A stretch of DNA of 64,000 nucleotides from Candidatus Hodarchaeota archaeon (GCA_048886685.1 JBHLKM010000001.1:224001-288000); one strand, 5' to 3'. Numbered from the stretch's first letter, positions 9,049 through 18,912 are shown. The notes: generated by a model from the letters alone, not told the origin. Program-made: numbers and translations.

Positions 9049-9588
9049 CTATAACATTTTATGAATTAAATCATTTATATAAAGACCAATATATCCAAGT
9101 GTGCCACCTTCAGGGAAATGCTTTTTTATTGAACCTCGATATCCTTTTCTAGGGGGGTGTAATCGAAAAACTGGTTTAATTTTGTATAAATCTTTCTCTC
9201 GATATTGGATCTCTCCGTTAAGTAATGCCTTTGAAAGTTCTTTAAATGTTTTAAAATCTGTTAAGTTTTTTAAATGCTCTTCTGTGAGTGGTTTATTCCC
9301 CTCAACCCTTCCCCTAACTCTTAATAATCTAACTAATGTTTTATCATCAATTTCTCCAAATGCTATATAGTCTTTACACTTTATTAGCATTCCTTTATAG
9401 CTCTTAGTTCCCCAAATGAGGACACCATGATTTACTTTGTGCATCCTAAGCATTTTAAGGGTATCAAGAATTTTCCGCCTCATACTGGGTGCCCCTCTTA
9501 TACGAATTGCAAAATAGAGCTTTGGGATATACTCAGTTTCTTTTGACTTAATTTTCTTTTTTGCCATTGCCATATTTACACCACTCAT
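9049..9588 (-). CDS. rpl30: 50S ribosomal protein uL30 (archaeal long form)
   Basis: AIRIRG, TLKMLRMHKVNHGV, FRLHPPRKG; the start is probably one of the internal ATGs. Confidence 0.95.
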   Translation of the reverse strand: MSGVNMAMAKKKIKSKETEYIPKLYFAIRIRGAPSMRRKILDTLKMLRMHKVNHGVLIWGTKSYKGMLIKCKDYIAFGEIDDKTLVRLLRVRGRVEGNKPLTEEHLKNLTDFKTFKELSKALLNGEIQYREKDLYKIKPVFRLHPPRKGYRGSIKKHFPEGGTLGYIGLYINDLIHKML

Positions 9589-9592
9589 TTTC

Positions 9593-10207
9593 TTATATAT
9601 TAAAGTTAAATTTATGAGCGTTTTTTAGCGCATCAAAAGTTGCTTTTACAAGATTTTCGCTTGTTCGGGTATCACCAAATGTTTTACTCCAAATATCTTC
9701 AATTCCACATAATCTTAAAACTTGTTTTACCTTATCAGCGCATGCTAATCCAACACCAACAGGAGCTGGAATAAGCTGTATCCGAATTGAACCGCACTTG
9801 CCTTTTACTTTAAAAGGAATACTATGTGTGCCTCCACATCCACATTCTTTGCTTCCACAACCTCTAAGTACTGGTACAATAGAGAGTTTGGCTTTATCAA
9901 TTGCTTTCCTTATTGCAGGTCCAACTTCACGACTTTTGCCTGAACCAATACCAATAAATCCATCAGTTCCTACGATCACAACAGCTTTGAATTTGCTTCG
10001 TTGACCGCTAGCTGTCATTTGTTGAACCATAGCAATATGTATAACATCCTCTTTGATCTGTGGAAGTAATGTATTAATAATTTCTTTTTCTTTTACCACT
10101 AAATTATTTTGATAAATCTTATCTAATGTAATGAGCCCTTGCTTAACTAATTCTCCCAAACGAGTTTTTGGGACCCATTCTTCCTCCATATTCCTTAAAC
10201 GACTCAT
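9593..10207 (-). CDS. rps5: 30S ribosomal protein uS5
   Basis: WVPKTRLG, GQRSKFKAVV, RGCGS.ECGCG..HSIPFKV.GKCGS. Confidence 0.97.
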   Translation of the reverse strand: MSRLRNMEEEWVPKTRLGELVKQGLITLDKIYQNNLVVKEKEIINTLLPQIKEDVIHIAMVQQMTASGQRSKFKAVVIVGTDGFIGIGSGKSREVGPAIRKAIDKAKLSIVPVLRGCGSKECGCGGTHSIPFKVKGKCGSIRIQLIPAPVGVGLACADKVKQVLRLCGIEDIWSKTFGDTRTSENLVKATFDALKNAHKFNFNI

Positions 10208-10222
10208 CTCAAATCACTTAGT

Positions 10223-10816
10223 TCAAGCTTTACTTTCTATCATTTTAATTGAATCTGAAAAAATCTGACTAATTTTCAGTGGGTTTACTTTACTTTTATT
10301 GAGATAACCAGAAAATACACGCTCATAATTTTCAGGATCTTGTGATTTTAATTTTTTTGCGTAATTCTCAATATGAATACCTTTTATTCTTTCTTCTAAA
10401 CTTTCTGGAAAGAATTCTTCATGATAGGGTATTTGTATTTCTGCGTCTATAATTCCTTTACAAGCAGCAAGAACTCTATTTCTATGATAGAAAATACCAA
10501 GATCAAATATCGCTTCTTGGATGTTTTGTTTTTTTGCTCTTAATCCTGCTAAGTATCCTGTCAAATAAGACGCGGGGATATTACCAGTCCTAGCGTTCCA
10601 TCCATATTTAGAAGATATTTCATTAGAAAAAGCAGATATTAAAACTTTATCCCCGCCAAACTTAGATTCGACAATTTGTACTCGAGTATGGTTATTTGAA
10701 ACTCTAATTACTACCCTCAATTTTCTTGATTTTAATAACCGTAATCTCTTATGATAATCTGTTTTACCTTCAAATCGTCTTTGGGGTGGTCTTCTATATC
10801 TTGGTCCATGTGCCAT
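10223..10816 (-). CDS. rpl18: 50S ribosomal protein uL18
   Basis: MAHGPRY...RRFEGKTDY.KRL, GNIPASYLTGY. Confidence 0.97.
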   Translation of the reverse strand: MAHGPRYRRPPQRRFEGKTDYHKRLRLLKSRKLRVVIRVSNNHTRVQIVESKFGGDKVLISAFSNEISSKYGWNARTGNIPASYLTGYLAGLRAKKQNIQEAIFDLGIFYHRNRVLAACKGIIDAEIQIPYHEEFFPESLEERIKGIHIENYAKKLKSQDPENYERVFSGYLNKSKVNPLKISQIFSDSIKMIESKA

Positions 10817-10819
10817 ATT

Positions 10820-11275
10820 TTATCTACCTCTTCTTATTAATTCCTTTTCTTTTATATATCGATTTAGTTGAGCAACGCTGGTGAACATTCCGCCTTTAGC
10901 ATTTTTATATAATTTCCGATAATTTGTAGCTGTGATTAGCTTTCTATCTCTTAACTTTTTCAATTCTCTTCTTATTGGACGGATTCGCTTAATCCAAGCC
11001 TGCTTTTTTGGTGTTCTTGCTTTCTTTGTACCCTTTCTCTTACCTAATCCTCTCGCTCTTCCTTTCTTCTTCCTCTCATGTCGAATGTTTTTTCTTTGTT
11101 TCGAAATACCTTGTTTATATTTCTTCTGAATTACTCCTTGCTTTATTAAATTGCGAATATCTTCACGTGTTATAGCTAGAGAAATATCTTCAACTAAATA
11201 TGGATCAAAATAAACTCGATTCTCTCCACACTTGAGGATCTCTGCAGCCATTCTTCTCTGTGGTTTTAAATTCAT
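10820..11275 (-). CDS. rpl19e: 50S ribosomal protein eL19
   Basis: QRRMAAEILKCGENRVYFDP, AITREDIR, GKRKGTKKAR. Confidence 0.97.
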   Translation of the reverse strand: MNLKPQRRMAAEILKCGENRVYFDPYLVEDISLAITREDIRNLIKQGVIQKKYKQGISKQRKNIRHERKKKGRARGLGKRKGTKKARTPKKQAWIKRIRPIRRELKKLRDRKLITATNYRKLYKNAKGGMFTSVAQLNRYIKEKELIRRGR

Positions 11276-11297
11276 TTGTTAGTTCCTCCAATTTTTC

Positions 11298-11786
11298 TTA
11301 ATCTCCAATGGAATCTTCTAAATCATCGATATCAATAAATTCATCACTTTCTAAATCTGCGATAGGAGCTTCTGCCATTTCTTCTAACATTTCAATTTCT
11401 CTCTGTGAAACACCAAGGTTTAATATTTTAAAACCTCTTCTTTGGCAGTAATCTGTTAATGCAATGCGCTTTTTAGCTCCTAATTTTCCAGAAATTTTTA
11501 GTGCATGCTTATTTTTATTTAAATTCTTTAAATCATTAAATGTATAAATCAATACTTCTGTATACCCTGAAGGATGTAAACCTCTAACTTTTTTTGGAGT
11601 TCTATACCCTATTGTTGGAGATTTGACACCTAATTTCTTTTTCTTTCGAGTTTTTGAGTCAATACCTCTTGCTTTCCTCCAAGAATCCTTTACTCTTTTA
11701 TATCTCCAAGATTCAACTCGTCTGAAAGACGGTCTCTTTTTATCAATTTTTTTCCTCAGTTCCATCAATCTTTTATCTTGGGTCAC
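11298..11786 (-). CDS. rpl32e: 50S ribosomal protein eL32 with acidic C-terminal tail
   Basis: WRKARGIDSK, GYRTPKKVRGLHPSG. Confidence 0.97.
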   Translation of the reverse strand: MTQDKRLMELRKKIDKKRPSFRRVESWRYKRVKDSWRKARGIDSKTRKKKKLGVKSPTIGYRTPKKVRGLHPSGYTEVLIYTFNDLKNLNKNKHALKISGKLGAKKRIALTDYCQRRGFKILNLGVSQREIEMLEEMAEAPIADLESDEFIDIDDLEDSIGD

Positions 11787-11801
11787 AATTAAAACCTCAT
11801 T

Positions 11802-12386
11802 TTATTTAATTTCCCAAATAATTTCTTCTCCCAATTGTTTTCGATACAAGTAAACTCCATCTTGGAATACTCTGGGATCTTTTTTTCTTATCCGACATGC
11901 CCTTTTAACATTTGCAGCGCTTTGACCAAGTGACTCTTTGTCTGGACCAATAAAATAAACATCATCTCCTTTCACTTCCACCTTTACATTATCTGAATAT
12001 TTAGCTTTTCTTGGGGCTCTTTCACCTAGAAAATTTTCAACAAGTATGGTTTGGTTTTCATCATCCACTCGAACGCTGCATGGGAAATGGGAATAGGCAA
12101 TCTTTGAGACATATTTATAATTAGTTTGAACACCTATAATCAGGTTATTAATAATACTAACTACAGTTTTTATTAAAGCTAATGTTCCACTTTTAGGGAA
12201 ATTTGTTGAAAAAATGACTTTATCATCTTTAATTGCTACATTTATACCCCTTACATGCGAAAAATCTTTTGTGATATCTCCTTTTGGACCTTTAACTCTA
12301 ATATGATGTCCTCCTTCCAGAATAACCTCAACTCCGTCAGGAATATCCAATTCTTCTTTAAAGAACGCTATTTTTACCATTTTCAA
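11802..12386 (-). CDS. rpl6: 50S ribosomal protein uL6
   Basis: VKGPKG, YSHFP, ENFLGERAPR, KDPRVFQDGVY. Confidence 0.97.
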   Translation of the reverse strand: MKMVKIAFFKEELDIPDGVEVILEGGHHIRVKGPKGDITKDFSHVRGINVAIKDDKVIFSTNFPKSGTLALIKTVVSIINNLIIGVQTNYKYVSKIAYSHFPCSVRVDDENQTILVENFLGERAPRKAKYSDNVKVEVKGDDVYFIGPDKESLGQSAANVKRACRIRKKDPRVFQDGVYLYRKQLGEEIIWEIK

Positions 12387-12402
12387 TTACCTCCTAGAAT
12401 TA

Positions 12403-12786
12403 TTAATAAATATAGCATAAAGTATGACCTCCTATATGTTTTTCCTCAGCTTCTTTCATTGTCATTATTCCTTCATTTGTAGTTAAAATAATTAATCCTA
12501 AACCTGGTGCGGGTAGTAATCGTCTTTCCAAAAAGTCGAATTGATTAATTTTATAATTCAATCTTATTAAACCTGCACATTCATTAATTCTCCCTAGTAA
12601 TGCAATCTTGAATTTTCCTTGACGACCATCATCATATCTTTCAAATTCTCCGATGTAAGCATTTCTTTGGAAGATCCGAAGTATCTGTTGAAGAACTTTA
12701 GAAGCAGGACTGATTATCACTTCCTTTTTACGTGCTCTCTCTGCATTCTTAAGAGCGCAACATGCATCTGCGATTGAATTTACCAA
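12403..12786 (-). CDS. rps8: 30S ribosomal protein uS8
   Basis: LKNAE, YIGEFE..DDGR.GKF, LLGRINEC, LTTNEGIMT..EA...HIGG; TTG start. Confidence 0.95.
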   Translation of the reverse strand: MVNSIADACCALKNAERARKKEVIISPASKVLQQILRIFQRNAYIGEFERYDDGRQGKFKIALLGRINECAGLIRLNYKINQFDFLERRLLPAPGLGLIILTTNEGIMTMKEAEEKHIGGHTLCYIY

Positions 12787-12821
12787 ACCTTTTCACATCC
12801 TTTTTTCATTTTTTAATTTTC

Positions 12822-12971
12822 TTATTCAAATCTCTTAAATCCAATATCCTTCCCAATTTCATAAAAACACCTACGACAAATGTACAAACCATACCTTCTA
12901 ATGATTCCTCGATGGGTATGACAACGTCGACATTCTCTTTGTCCTTTACCAAAACGCTTGCCTTGTGGAAT
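12822..12971 (-). CDS. rps14: 30S ribosomal protein uS14 (Zn-binding), apparent ATT start, not in the ORF track
   Basis: (I/M)PQGKRFGKGQRECRRCHTHRGIIRRYGLYICRRCFYEIGKDIGFKRFE, lying between rpl5 and rps8; GGGTGA SD 6 nt upstream of ATT. Confidence 0.95.
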   Translation of the reverse strand: MPQGKRFGKGQRECRRCHTHRGIIRRYGLYICRRCFYEIGKDIGFKRFE

Positions 12972-12992
12972 ACTTTTTCACCCTAAAATTCA

Positions 12993-13586
12993 TTAAATAA
13001 ATTCTAAATCTAATTTTTTTACGATATCAACTCCAAAATTTTGTTTTAAAAAATAATGGGCTTCCGCACGAGATATATAATGATGTTTAGGAATCTTTGA
13101 CCTAGCTTTTCTTCTATACTTCACTCTCATCCCAGGTCTAGCGATTCTTCCACACACATCCAAACCCCATAATCCTACACTCGCCTCATATTCTGTTTGA
13201 GGAATTTTAATATGTTCATCAATACCAAATGCGAAATTACCATAATTATCAAAGCTTTTTCTCAAAATTTTATTGTTATTTACTAATAATAATCTTTTTA
13301 ATAATCTTTCAGCCTCTTTGCCTCGTATAGTAATCTTACAGCCAATTGGCCGTCCTTTTCTAAGATTAAACTCTTTCACATTAACTTTTGAAATTGTTTT
13401 AACGGGTATTCTACCAGTTATTTGTTCCAGTACACTAGCTGCTTTTTCTAATTCTTCTCCACCAGCACCAACACCTATATTCAGTACAATCTTTTCTAAG
13501 AATGGTTTTTTCATTGGGTTTTTCCATTTTTCATCAAATTCTTTGGATTCAACGCTTGAAACTCTCTTTTTAGTTTTTATTGACAT
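12993..13586 (-). CDS. rpl5: 50S ribosomal protein uL5
   Basis: NPMKKP.LEKIVLNIGVG, FDNYGNFAFGIDEHI. Confidence 0.97.
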   Translation of the reverse strand: MSIKTKKRVSSVESKEFDEKWKNPMKKPFLEKIVLNIGVGAGGEELEKAASVLEQITGRIPVKTISKVNVKEFNLRKGRPIGCKITIRGKEAERLLKRLLLVNNNKILRKSFDNYGNFAFGIDEHIKIPQTEYEASVGLWGLDVCGRIARPGMRVKYRRKARSKIPKHHYISRAEAHYFLKQNFGVDIVKKLDLEFI

Positions 13587-13608
13587 ATTTTTTATCTCTT
13601 TAAGTCTT

Positions 13609-14364
13609 TTAATTATCTATTTTAGGTAAATCAATTTCGGATTGATCTTCTCCTATTATAAATGTATAATCATATAATGTTTCTGTGTGACTCCCATTAT
13701 GCTGAATAGAGACCGTACTTGCTTTTGGACCAAATCGCTTTAAAATATTAATAATTTTTCCCACTTGTCCGATATTCTTACCAGACATAATAATTGCTAT
13801 ATTATTTTCCTTGAAATTCAAAACTTTTATTATTTCTTGCTCTGGAACAGATATTTTTAGAACATCCATACGTTTATAAATGTCTTCTTTAGGGCTCCTT
13901 GGATCATTAACCCTGATCAAAATATTTCTTCCATCATGTAAATTTAATTGAATATGACCTCCCTTTATGTTAGTTTTGTTATTAATCCTACACAATTTAT
14001 ATGTACTTTCTTTTTCAGTTATTTCATGCAAGATTAAACCATAATGGGAATCTGGCAATATTCGATAATATTTATTCATCTTTTCTATTGAAAGGACATC
14101 CATCAAACCTAAAGGAAATCCTTTATCTCTAATAACTCTTCCATCGACTTTAAAATATCCTAAACCAATTAACTTCTTTGCTTCCCTGTGGTTATCTACT
14201 ATACCTAATAAATCTCTTACGATGTGAAGAAGTGGTAAACAAATCCTGCTAGGATGAGGACCGGGAGAAGATTTGATGAAAAACTTCCCATGTTTCCTTT
14301 TAATCTGTAAAAAAGCAGGTGTATTGAGTCTTTTTAGAGTTTTTTGACCTCCATGTCTAGTCAT
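13609..14364 (-). CDS. rps4e: 30S ribosomal protein eS4
   Basis: LKRLNTP, SPGPH, PLGLMDV, QLNLHDGRN. Confidence 0.97.
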   Translation of the reverse strand: MTRHGGQKTLKRLNTPAFLQIKRKHGKFFIKSSPGPHPSRICLPLLHIVRDLLGIVDNHREAKKLIGLGYFKVDGRVIRDKGFPLGLMDVLSIEKMNKYYRILPDSHYGLILHEITEKESTYKLCRINNKTNIKGGHIQLNLHDGRNILIRVNDPRSPKEDIYKRMDVLKISVPEQEIIKVLNFKENNIAIIMSGKNIGQVGKIINILKRFGPKASTVSIQHNGSHTETLYDYTFIIGEDQSEIDLPKIDN

Positions 14365-14791
14365 ATGTATCCTCCTCTTTTTCTTTTTTTGGTCCTTTTA
14401 AATCTACATCATAAAAACCATATAAAGCTTTTCTTTCAATCATTTGAGCACGCCAAGGATCTAATTTTTTTTCCTTCGCAAGCTTAGTAATTATCAAATT
14501 TGATACGTGGATGCCGGGATGGAACTGTGTCCCGTCTGATTTTTCGAATTGGGCTTCCTTTATCTTACATCTTAAGTTTTTTGAGATCTCTAGAACTTCT
14601 CCCTCAAAATCTTTAAATTCTCCTTTACATACTCTTACTTGATCACCAACCCTTACAGGGAGCTTCTTTATACCATATTCATCACGAAGAAAATCAGCTA
14701 CTCTCGTGGTGAACAATTTTGATCGTTCATGATTTTTATAATTGTATAGAGCTTTTCTTTGCTTCCGTGGTTGTCTTGATTTTACTTTCAT
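14357..14791 (-). CDS. rpl24: 50S ribosomal protein uL24
   Basis: SRQPRKQRK, LPVRVGDQV, IHVSNLII. Confidence 0.95.
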   Translation of the reverse strand: MKVKSRQPRKQRKALYNYKNHERSKLFTTRVADFLRDEYGIKKLPVRVGDQVRVCKGEFKDFEGEVLEISKNLRCKIKEAQFEKSDGTQFHPGIHVSNLIITKLAKEKKLDPWRAQMIERKALYGFYDVDLKGPKKEKEEDTYD

Positions 14792-14813
14792 CTTGAGCTC
14801 CTTTTTCTTGTTT

Positions 14814-15239
14814 TTAAATTATTAATGATGAAATTGATGCTAGACGTGGAAATAGCTCGGCTGCTTCTCGTGCGATTGGACCTCTTATCTCAGAACCACG
14901 GGGTTCACCTTCTTTCGATACTAATACACCTGCATTATCTTCAAAGCATAATCGTGTACCATCTTGTCGGCGATAAATCATTTTTTGCCTAACGATTACT
15001 GCTTTTACAATATTTCCTCGCATTTCAGGTCTTCCTTTTTTTATAGTGACAGTACATATACTACCTACTGTCGCTTTGGGCAATCTTCGAAGTCTTCCTT
15101 TATAATGATCTACCATAATTATTTGGGCTATTTTAGCTCCAGAATTATCTGTGATCTGGATTCTCGATCCATTGCATAACCCATAACTCGTTTTGGGTTT
15201 CACCATACGTTTTTTGCCCAGCTTTCGCCTTGTACCCAT
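14814..15239 (-). CDS. rpl14: 50S ribosomal protein uL14
   Basis: DNSGAK, GRLRRLP.A, FEDNAGV, GPIAREAA. Confidence 0.97.
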   Translation of the reverse strand: MGTRRKLGKKRMVKPKTSYGLCNGSRIQITDNSGAKIAQIIMVDHYKGRLRRLPKATVGSICTVTIKKGRPEMRGNIVKAVIVRQKMIYRRQDGTRLCFEDNAGVLVSKEGEPRGSEIRGPIAREAAELFPRLASISSLII

Positions 15240-15593
15240 TTAAACCCCTCCAGTCGAGATTTTACTTAATACTATAAACGCTTTAGTTTTTGAAATTTTG
15301 CGAGATTCTCCAACCCGTACTAGGTCTCCAATCTCAATCTCATGAGTTAAACATTCAGGTAAATGACATGCGAGTCGTGTGTTTCGACGTTCATATCTTT
15401 GATATTTTTTAACAAATTGAACATAATCTCTTCTAATAATAACTGTGTTTTTTGATCTTTTACTTACAATAACACCTTGGGTAATTTTTCCCCTAATTCT
15501 TGTATTCCCATGAAAGGGACACGATTCATCATTACAATCTTCAGCTTTCGCCTTAGGGGGCGCAACACCAGGTATTCCAATATTTCTACTCAT
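15240..15593 (-). CDS. rps17: 30S ribosomal protein uS17
   Basis: D..CPFHG..IRG, KY.RYERR, GESRKISKTK. Confidence 0.97.
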   Translation of the reverse strand: MSRNIGIPGVAPPKAKAEDCNDESCPFHGNTRIRGKITQGVIVSKRSKNTVIIRRDYVQFVKKYQRYERRNTRLACHLPECLTHEIEIGDLVRVGESRKISKTKAFIVLSKISTGGV

Positions 15594-15904
15594 TTTTTAA
15601 ACCATCTCTTCTTTTTTAGGCTTCTTAATCTATTCACGGGAAGACCAACTATTTCATTTCCTTGAACTTCCAGAAAATTTTCCTCTCCATCATTCTGGTA
15701 TTTTGTTAATTTAAATTTAAATACATAATCCTTTTTAATATATTTCTTAACCTTATTTTCTTTTTCTGTAATGAGCATGTTTCTTGTCTCATCAATCACA
15801 ACTCCAATATCCGAAAATTCTGTATCGTTTTTTTTTGATTTAAGCTTCACATAAGCTTTTATTCCTATTAAGTCATGGTAGATTAAATATTTTGGATTAA
15901 TCAC
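15590..15904 (-). CDS. rnp1: Ribonuclease P protein subunit Rpp29/POP4
   Basis: HDLIG, G.VIDETRNML, G.EIVG.P..R; canonical position between rpl29 and rps17. Confidence 0.9.
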   Translation of the reverse strand: MINPKYLIYHDLIGIKAYVKLKSKKNDTEFSDIGVVIDETRNMLITEKENKVKKYIKKDYVFKFKLTKYQNDGEENFLEVQGNEIVGLPVNRLRSLKKKRWFKK

Positions 15905-16104
15905 TATCGTTCCTCATTATATACAGTTAATATTCTTGCGATTTGTTTTCTTAAGATCTTAGCCTTACCAGGATTGTCAGAAACACCGCCTCCTGTTTGA
16001 TTTGAATATAACATCATTAATTCTTCCCTTAAATTCAATAAAGTTCTTTCTCTTTCTCTTTCATCCATTTCCCGTATTCTTTTGGCTGTTAATATATCTC
16101 CCAT
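15904..16104 (-). CDS. rpl29: 50S ribosomal protein uL29
   Basis: NPGKAKILRKQIARILTV. Confidence 0.93.
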   Translation of the reverse strand: MGDILTAKRIREMDERERERTLLNLREELMMLYSNQTGGGVSDNPGKAKILRKQIARILTVYNEER

Positions 16105-16128
16105 TCCATATCACCCCTTTTAATTAGA

Positions 16129-16923
16129 TTATGTTCTATTTTTCTCATTTCCTTCTGTATCTTCTTCTGGAGTTAATGATATTTCGGATACAGATTCTTC
16201 GTCAACTTCATCAATTATTTTTTCATGTTCTTTTACTACTCCAGATACTTCTTCCTCAATAAGATATTCAACTTTTGTTTTAGCTAATTTCGATTCTGCT
16301 TCTGTTTGAGCTTTAGTTAAGAGATCATCTTTTATTTTTACTTCATCACCCATCTTTGTATCGGCGTGCTGAATTTTTACTACTACTCCTAAAACTCCAG
16401 ATTTTTGAATACATTGCGCTACACCCTTATCAACTCCTTCTTGTGAAGGATGTCCACTTTTTGTCATTGTTCCTGCACGAAATATTTGTGTTCTGGCTCG
16501 TTGGCTCGTAACTTTACCCGAAATTCGGATTTCAGCACCAAGAGCACCTCCAGAATCAATGATCTTTCTTAGGATATAATACCCAGCTCGACGGTAATGC
16601 CTACCTCTATCTAAGGAGTAAGCAAGTCTTTCCGCCATAATTTGGGCATTCAAATCAGGATTCGGAACCTCTTCAACTTCGATTTGAGGCATTTCTAAGC
16701 CAAATCGGTCTTGGAGTACATCTGTAATTTCTTGGATGCGTTTTCCACCTTTCCCTATGACAAGACCAGGACGACTAGTCTTCAAAGTTATCCGTACACC
16801 TAAAGGAGTCTTTTGAACGTCTACACCTGCAAATCCAGCTCGAACTAATTCTGATCGCAAATATTCGTTTATTTGCATCAACTTAATTCCTTGTTCAATG
16901 AAATTTTTCACTAGCGGACTCAT
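16129..16923 (-). CDS. rps3: 30S ribosomal protein uS3 with acidic C-terminal tail
   Basis: KH-domain RPGLVIGKGG, NAQIMAERLA, GAEIRISGK. Confidence 0.97.
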   Translation of the reverse strand: MSPLVKNFIEQGIKLMQINEYLRSELVRAGFAGVDVQKTPLGVRITLKTSRPGLVIGKGGKRIQEITDVLQDRFGLEMPQIEVEEVPNPDLNAQIMAERLAYSLDRGRHYRRAGYYILRKIIDSGGALGAEIRISGKVTSQRARTQIFRAGTMTKSGHPSQEGVDKGVAQCIQKSGVLGVVVKIQHADTKMGDEVKIKDDLLTKAQTEAESKLAKTKVEYLIEEEVSGVVKEHEKIIDEVDEESVSEISLTPEEDTEGNEKNRT

Positions 16924-16962
16924 TTTCTATCAAAAATTTTATTTATTTATCTTTTATAATAC

Positions 16963-17442
16963 CTAACTTGGAAATTCATAAATCACGATTTCTATATGTG
17001 AGAGATGTTTAAATTTTGCTGTACTACGGCCACGAGCGCGTTCAATGTATCTTTTAATAATTCTTCCCCGATGAGTTGCGGCATGAATAATTCTACACAT
17101 TTCAATATCTAAACCTTTATACTCTCCATTCGCTTCTACGGAAGAAAGAATTTCATATATCCTAGCTGCTGCTTTTTGGGGGTACCTTCCTGCATACCAC
17201 TTAAATTCTTTTAAATCTTTCCGATGAGGGACTTTTTTCTTATGTCGTCTGAAAGGAACTGATTGCTTTAGTTGAATAACATTTTCAAGAAACTCTTTAG
17301 CTCGCTCAACTTTCATTCCTTTTATCACAGCACAGATCTCTCTTGCATGCTTAGGTTTAATTCGTAAATCTCTACCCGATGCTTTAGCTAATCTTTCAGA
17401 ATCATATTTTTGTTCGATGAATGAATAACCCCAGTTAGGCAT
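16963..17442 (-). CDS. rpl22: 50S ribosomal protein uL22
   Basis: KHAREIC, VPFRRH, GRYPQKAA, RARGR. Confidence 0.97.
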   Translation of the reverse strand: MPNWGYSFIEQKYDSERLAKASGRDLRIKPKHAREICAVIKGMKVERAKEFLENVIQLKQSVPFRRHKKKVPHRKDLKEFKWYAGRYPQKAAARIYEILSSVEANGEYKGLDIEMCRIIHAATHRGRIIKRYIERARGRSTAKFKHLSHIEIVIYEFPS

Positions 17443-17476
17443 GATTTTTCATCTCATTAATTTTAAATTTTTAGAT

Positions 17477-18004
17477 TTACTTTAATGGTACATATTTTGA
17501 ACTTCTTGTGGCTCCAATTCCAGGTGATCCGTGTTGCACTCGCTTTCGGGTTAGTGAAAATTCTCCTAGATAATGCCCGATCATTTCTGGTTTAATATCA
17601 ACCACTTCATAGATTCTTCCATTATAAACTCCAATTTTTAGTCCGACCATTTCTGGGAAGATAATCATATCTCTTACATGTGTTCGAGTTAGGAGATCTT
17701 TCCCACGTTTTTTGGCGCGATAAGCCCTTCTAAGCCTTTCAAGCAATTTTTTTTGTCTGGGAGGGAGACCTCGCTTTAATGATCGTCTTGCTCTAGTTGG
17801 TAATAATTGTATAAACTGATCCATATTCATTTTTTTGAGTTCTTCTAATGTATATCCTCTGTAATGAAATCTTAATCTATCCAACTCTTTTTCTGCATCT
17901 AATTCATCTTCATCTTCTTCGATTTCCTCAATAATTTCCTCAGAAGCTTCCTCCTCTTCTAATTCTTCTTCCAAATCTTCATTAGTATCTTCATTCGGAG
18001 CCAT
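17477..18004 (-). CDS. rps19: 30S ribosomal protein uS19 with acidic N-terminal extension
   Basis: [41 protein letters not shown]. Confidence 0.97.
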   Translation of the reverse strand: MAPNEDTNEDLEEELEEEEASEEIIEEIEEDEDELDAEKELDRLRFHYRGYTLEELKKMNMDQFIQLLPTRARRSLKRGLPPRQKKLLERLRRAYRAKKRGKDLLTRTHVRDMIIFPEMVGLKIGVYNGRIYEVVDIKPEMIGHYLGEFSLTRKRVQHGSPGIGATRSSKYVPLK

Positions 18005-18223
18005 TTTTTAACCAATCTGCTTAATTCTTTAATATTATTCAATTAATTTTTTCGATTATTACTTCATACGGTAAGGATTTTAGTATTGCTTTTAATTTTA
18101 ACTTTTAGGTTAAGTTGGTGAAAATCATAAAACTTATAAGGTTTAGATGTAGTTTTGAAGAGAATTATAGAACCTCAATTCCTTTCAAGATTCTTGAGAT
18201 ATTTTCTCACAGAACAAAATTGA

Positions 18224-18898
18224 TTAATAGTATTGATTTGGATTAAAAATACGGTTTATATCATTTTCATCAAATTTACCGTCCCATCTTTCTTTGATTA
18301 TTATGTATTTATCTACCTCTTTGTTGGGATTTATAGCCGAATGATACGTGTTTATTAGATTTTCAAATTTAGTGCCATTTTCAACATAATAATATACTCC
18401 ATTTCCATTAATGATTATTGGCTTCCCTTCCAAAATTTCCCAGTATTCATTCCTATCTTTATGGATTTGAATTGATAAACCAAATTCTGGTCTAATAAAA
18501 ATCATATTATATTCAGGATAAGTAAATTTAAAGCTATACCACTTAGGAAGTGTGTCAGTATAGTTATTTGGGATATTGTATTTTTCTATAAATTGTTCAG
18601 CTTTAAAATTAATTTTTTCCGTGTTTTCATATTTGTAAGGATTATAAATAACCTGATGGTTTTGAATATCAATATCGTAATGAAGTTCAATAGGGACTTT
18701 TCCTTTATTTATAATCATGTAATAATCATTAGATTTTATAATTAGATCTTTTTCCTTGATTGCTTCCGTTTTGAAAAGCTTACCATTTATGATGAAAATC
18801 TCTTTAAAGCTTTCTGGATTAATGTTAATCACTAATTCTTCTGAATTATTCTTCCTCAACGATGTGCTTCTTTCAGGAAAAATGATCTCCTGCTTCAA
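18224..18898 (-). CDS. Cupin protein with C-terminal mannose-6-phosphate isomerase (type II)-like domain
   Basis: LSIQIHKDRNEYWEILEG...HSAIN...FDENDI.R resembles the type II PMI cupin motifs. Confidence 0.6.
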   Translation of the reverse strand: MKQEIIFPERSTSLRKNNSEELVININPESFKEIFIINGKLFKTEAIKEKDLIIKSNDYYMIINKGKVPIELHYDIDIQNHQVIYNPYKYENTEKINFKAEQFIEKYNIPNNYTDTLPKWYSFKFTYPEYNMIFIRPEFGLSIQIHKDRNEYWEILEGKPIIINGNGVYYYVENGTKFENLINTYHSAINPNKEVDKYIIIKERWDGKFDENDINRIFNPNQYY

Positions 18899-18912
18899 TT
18901 TAGTTTCTACTC

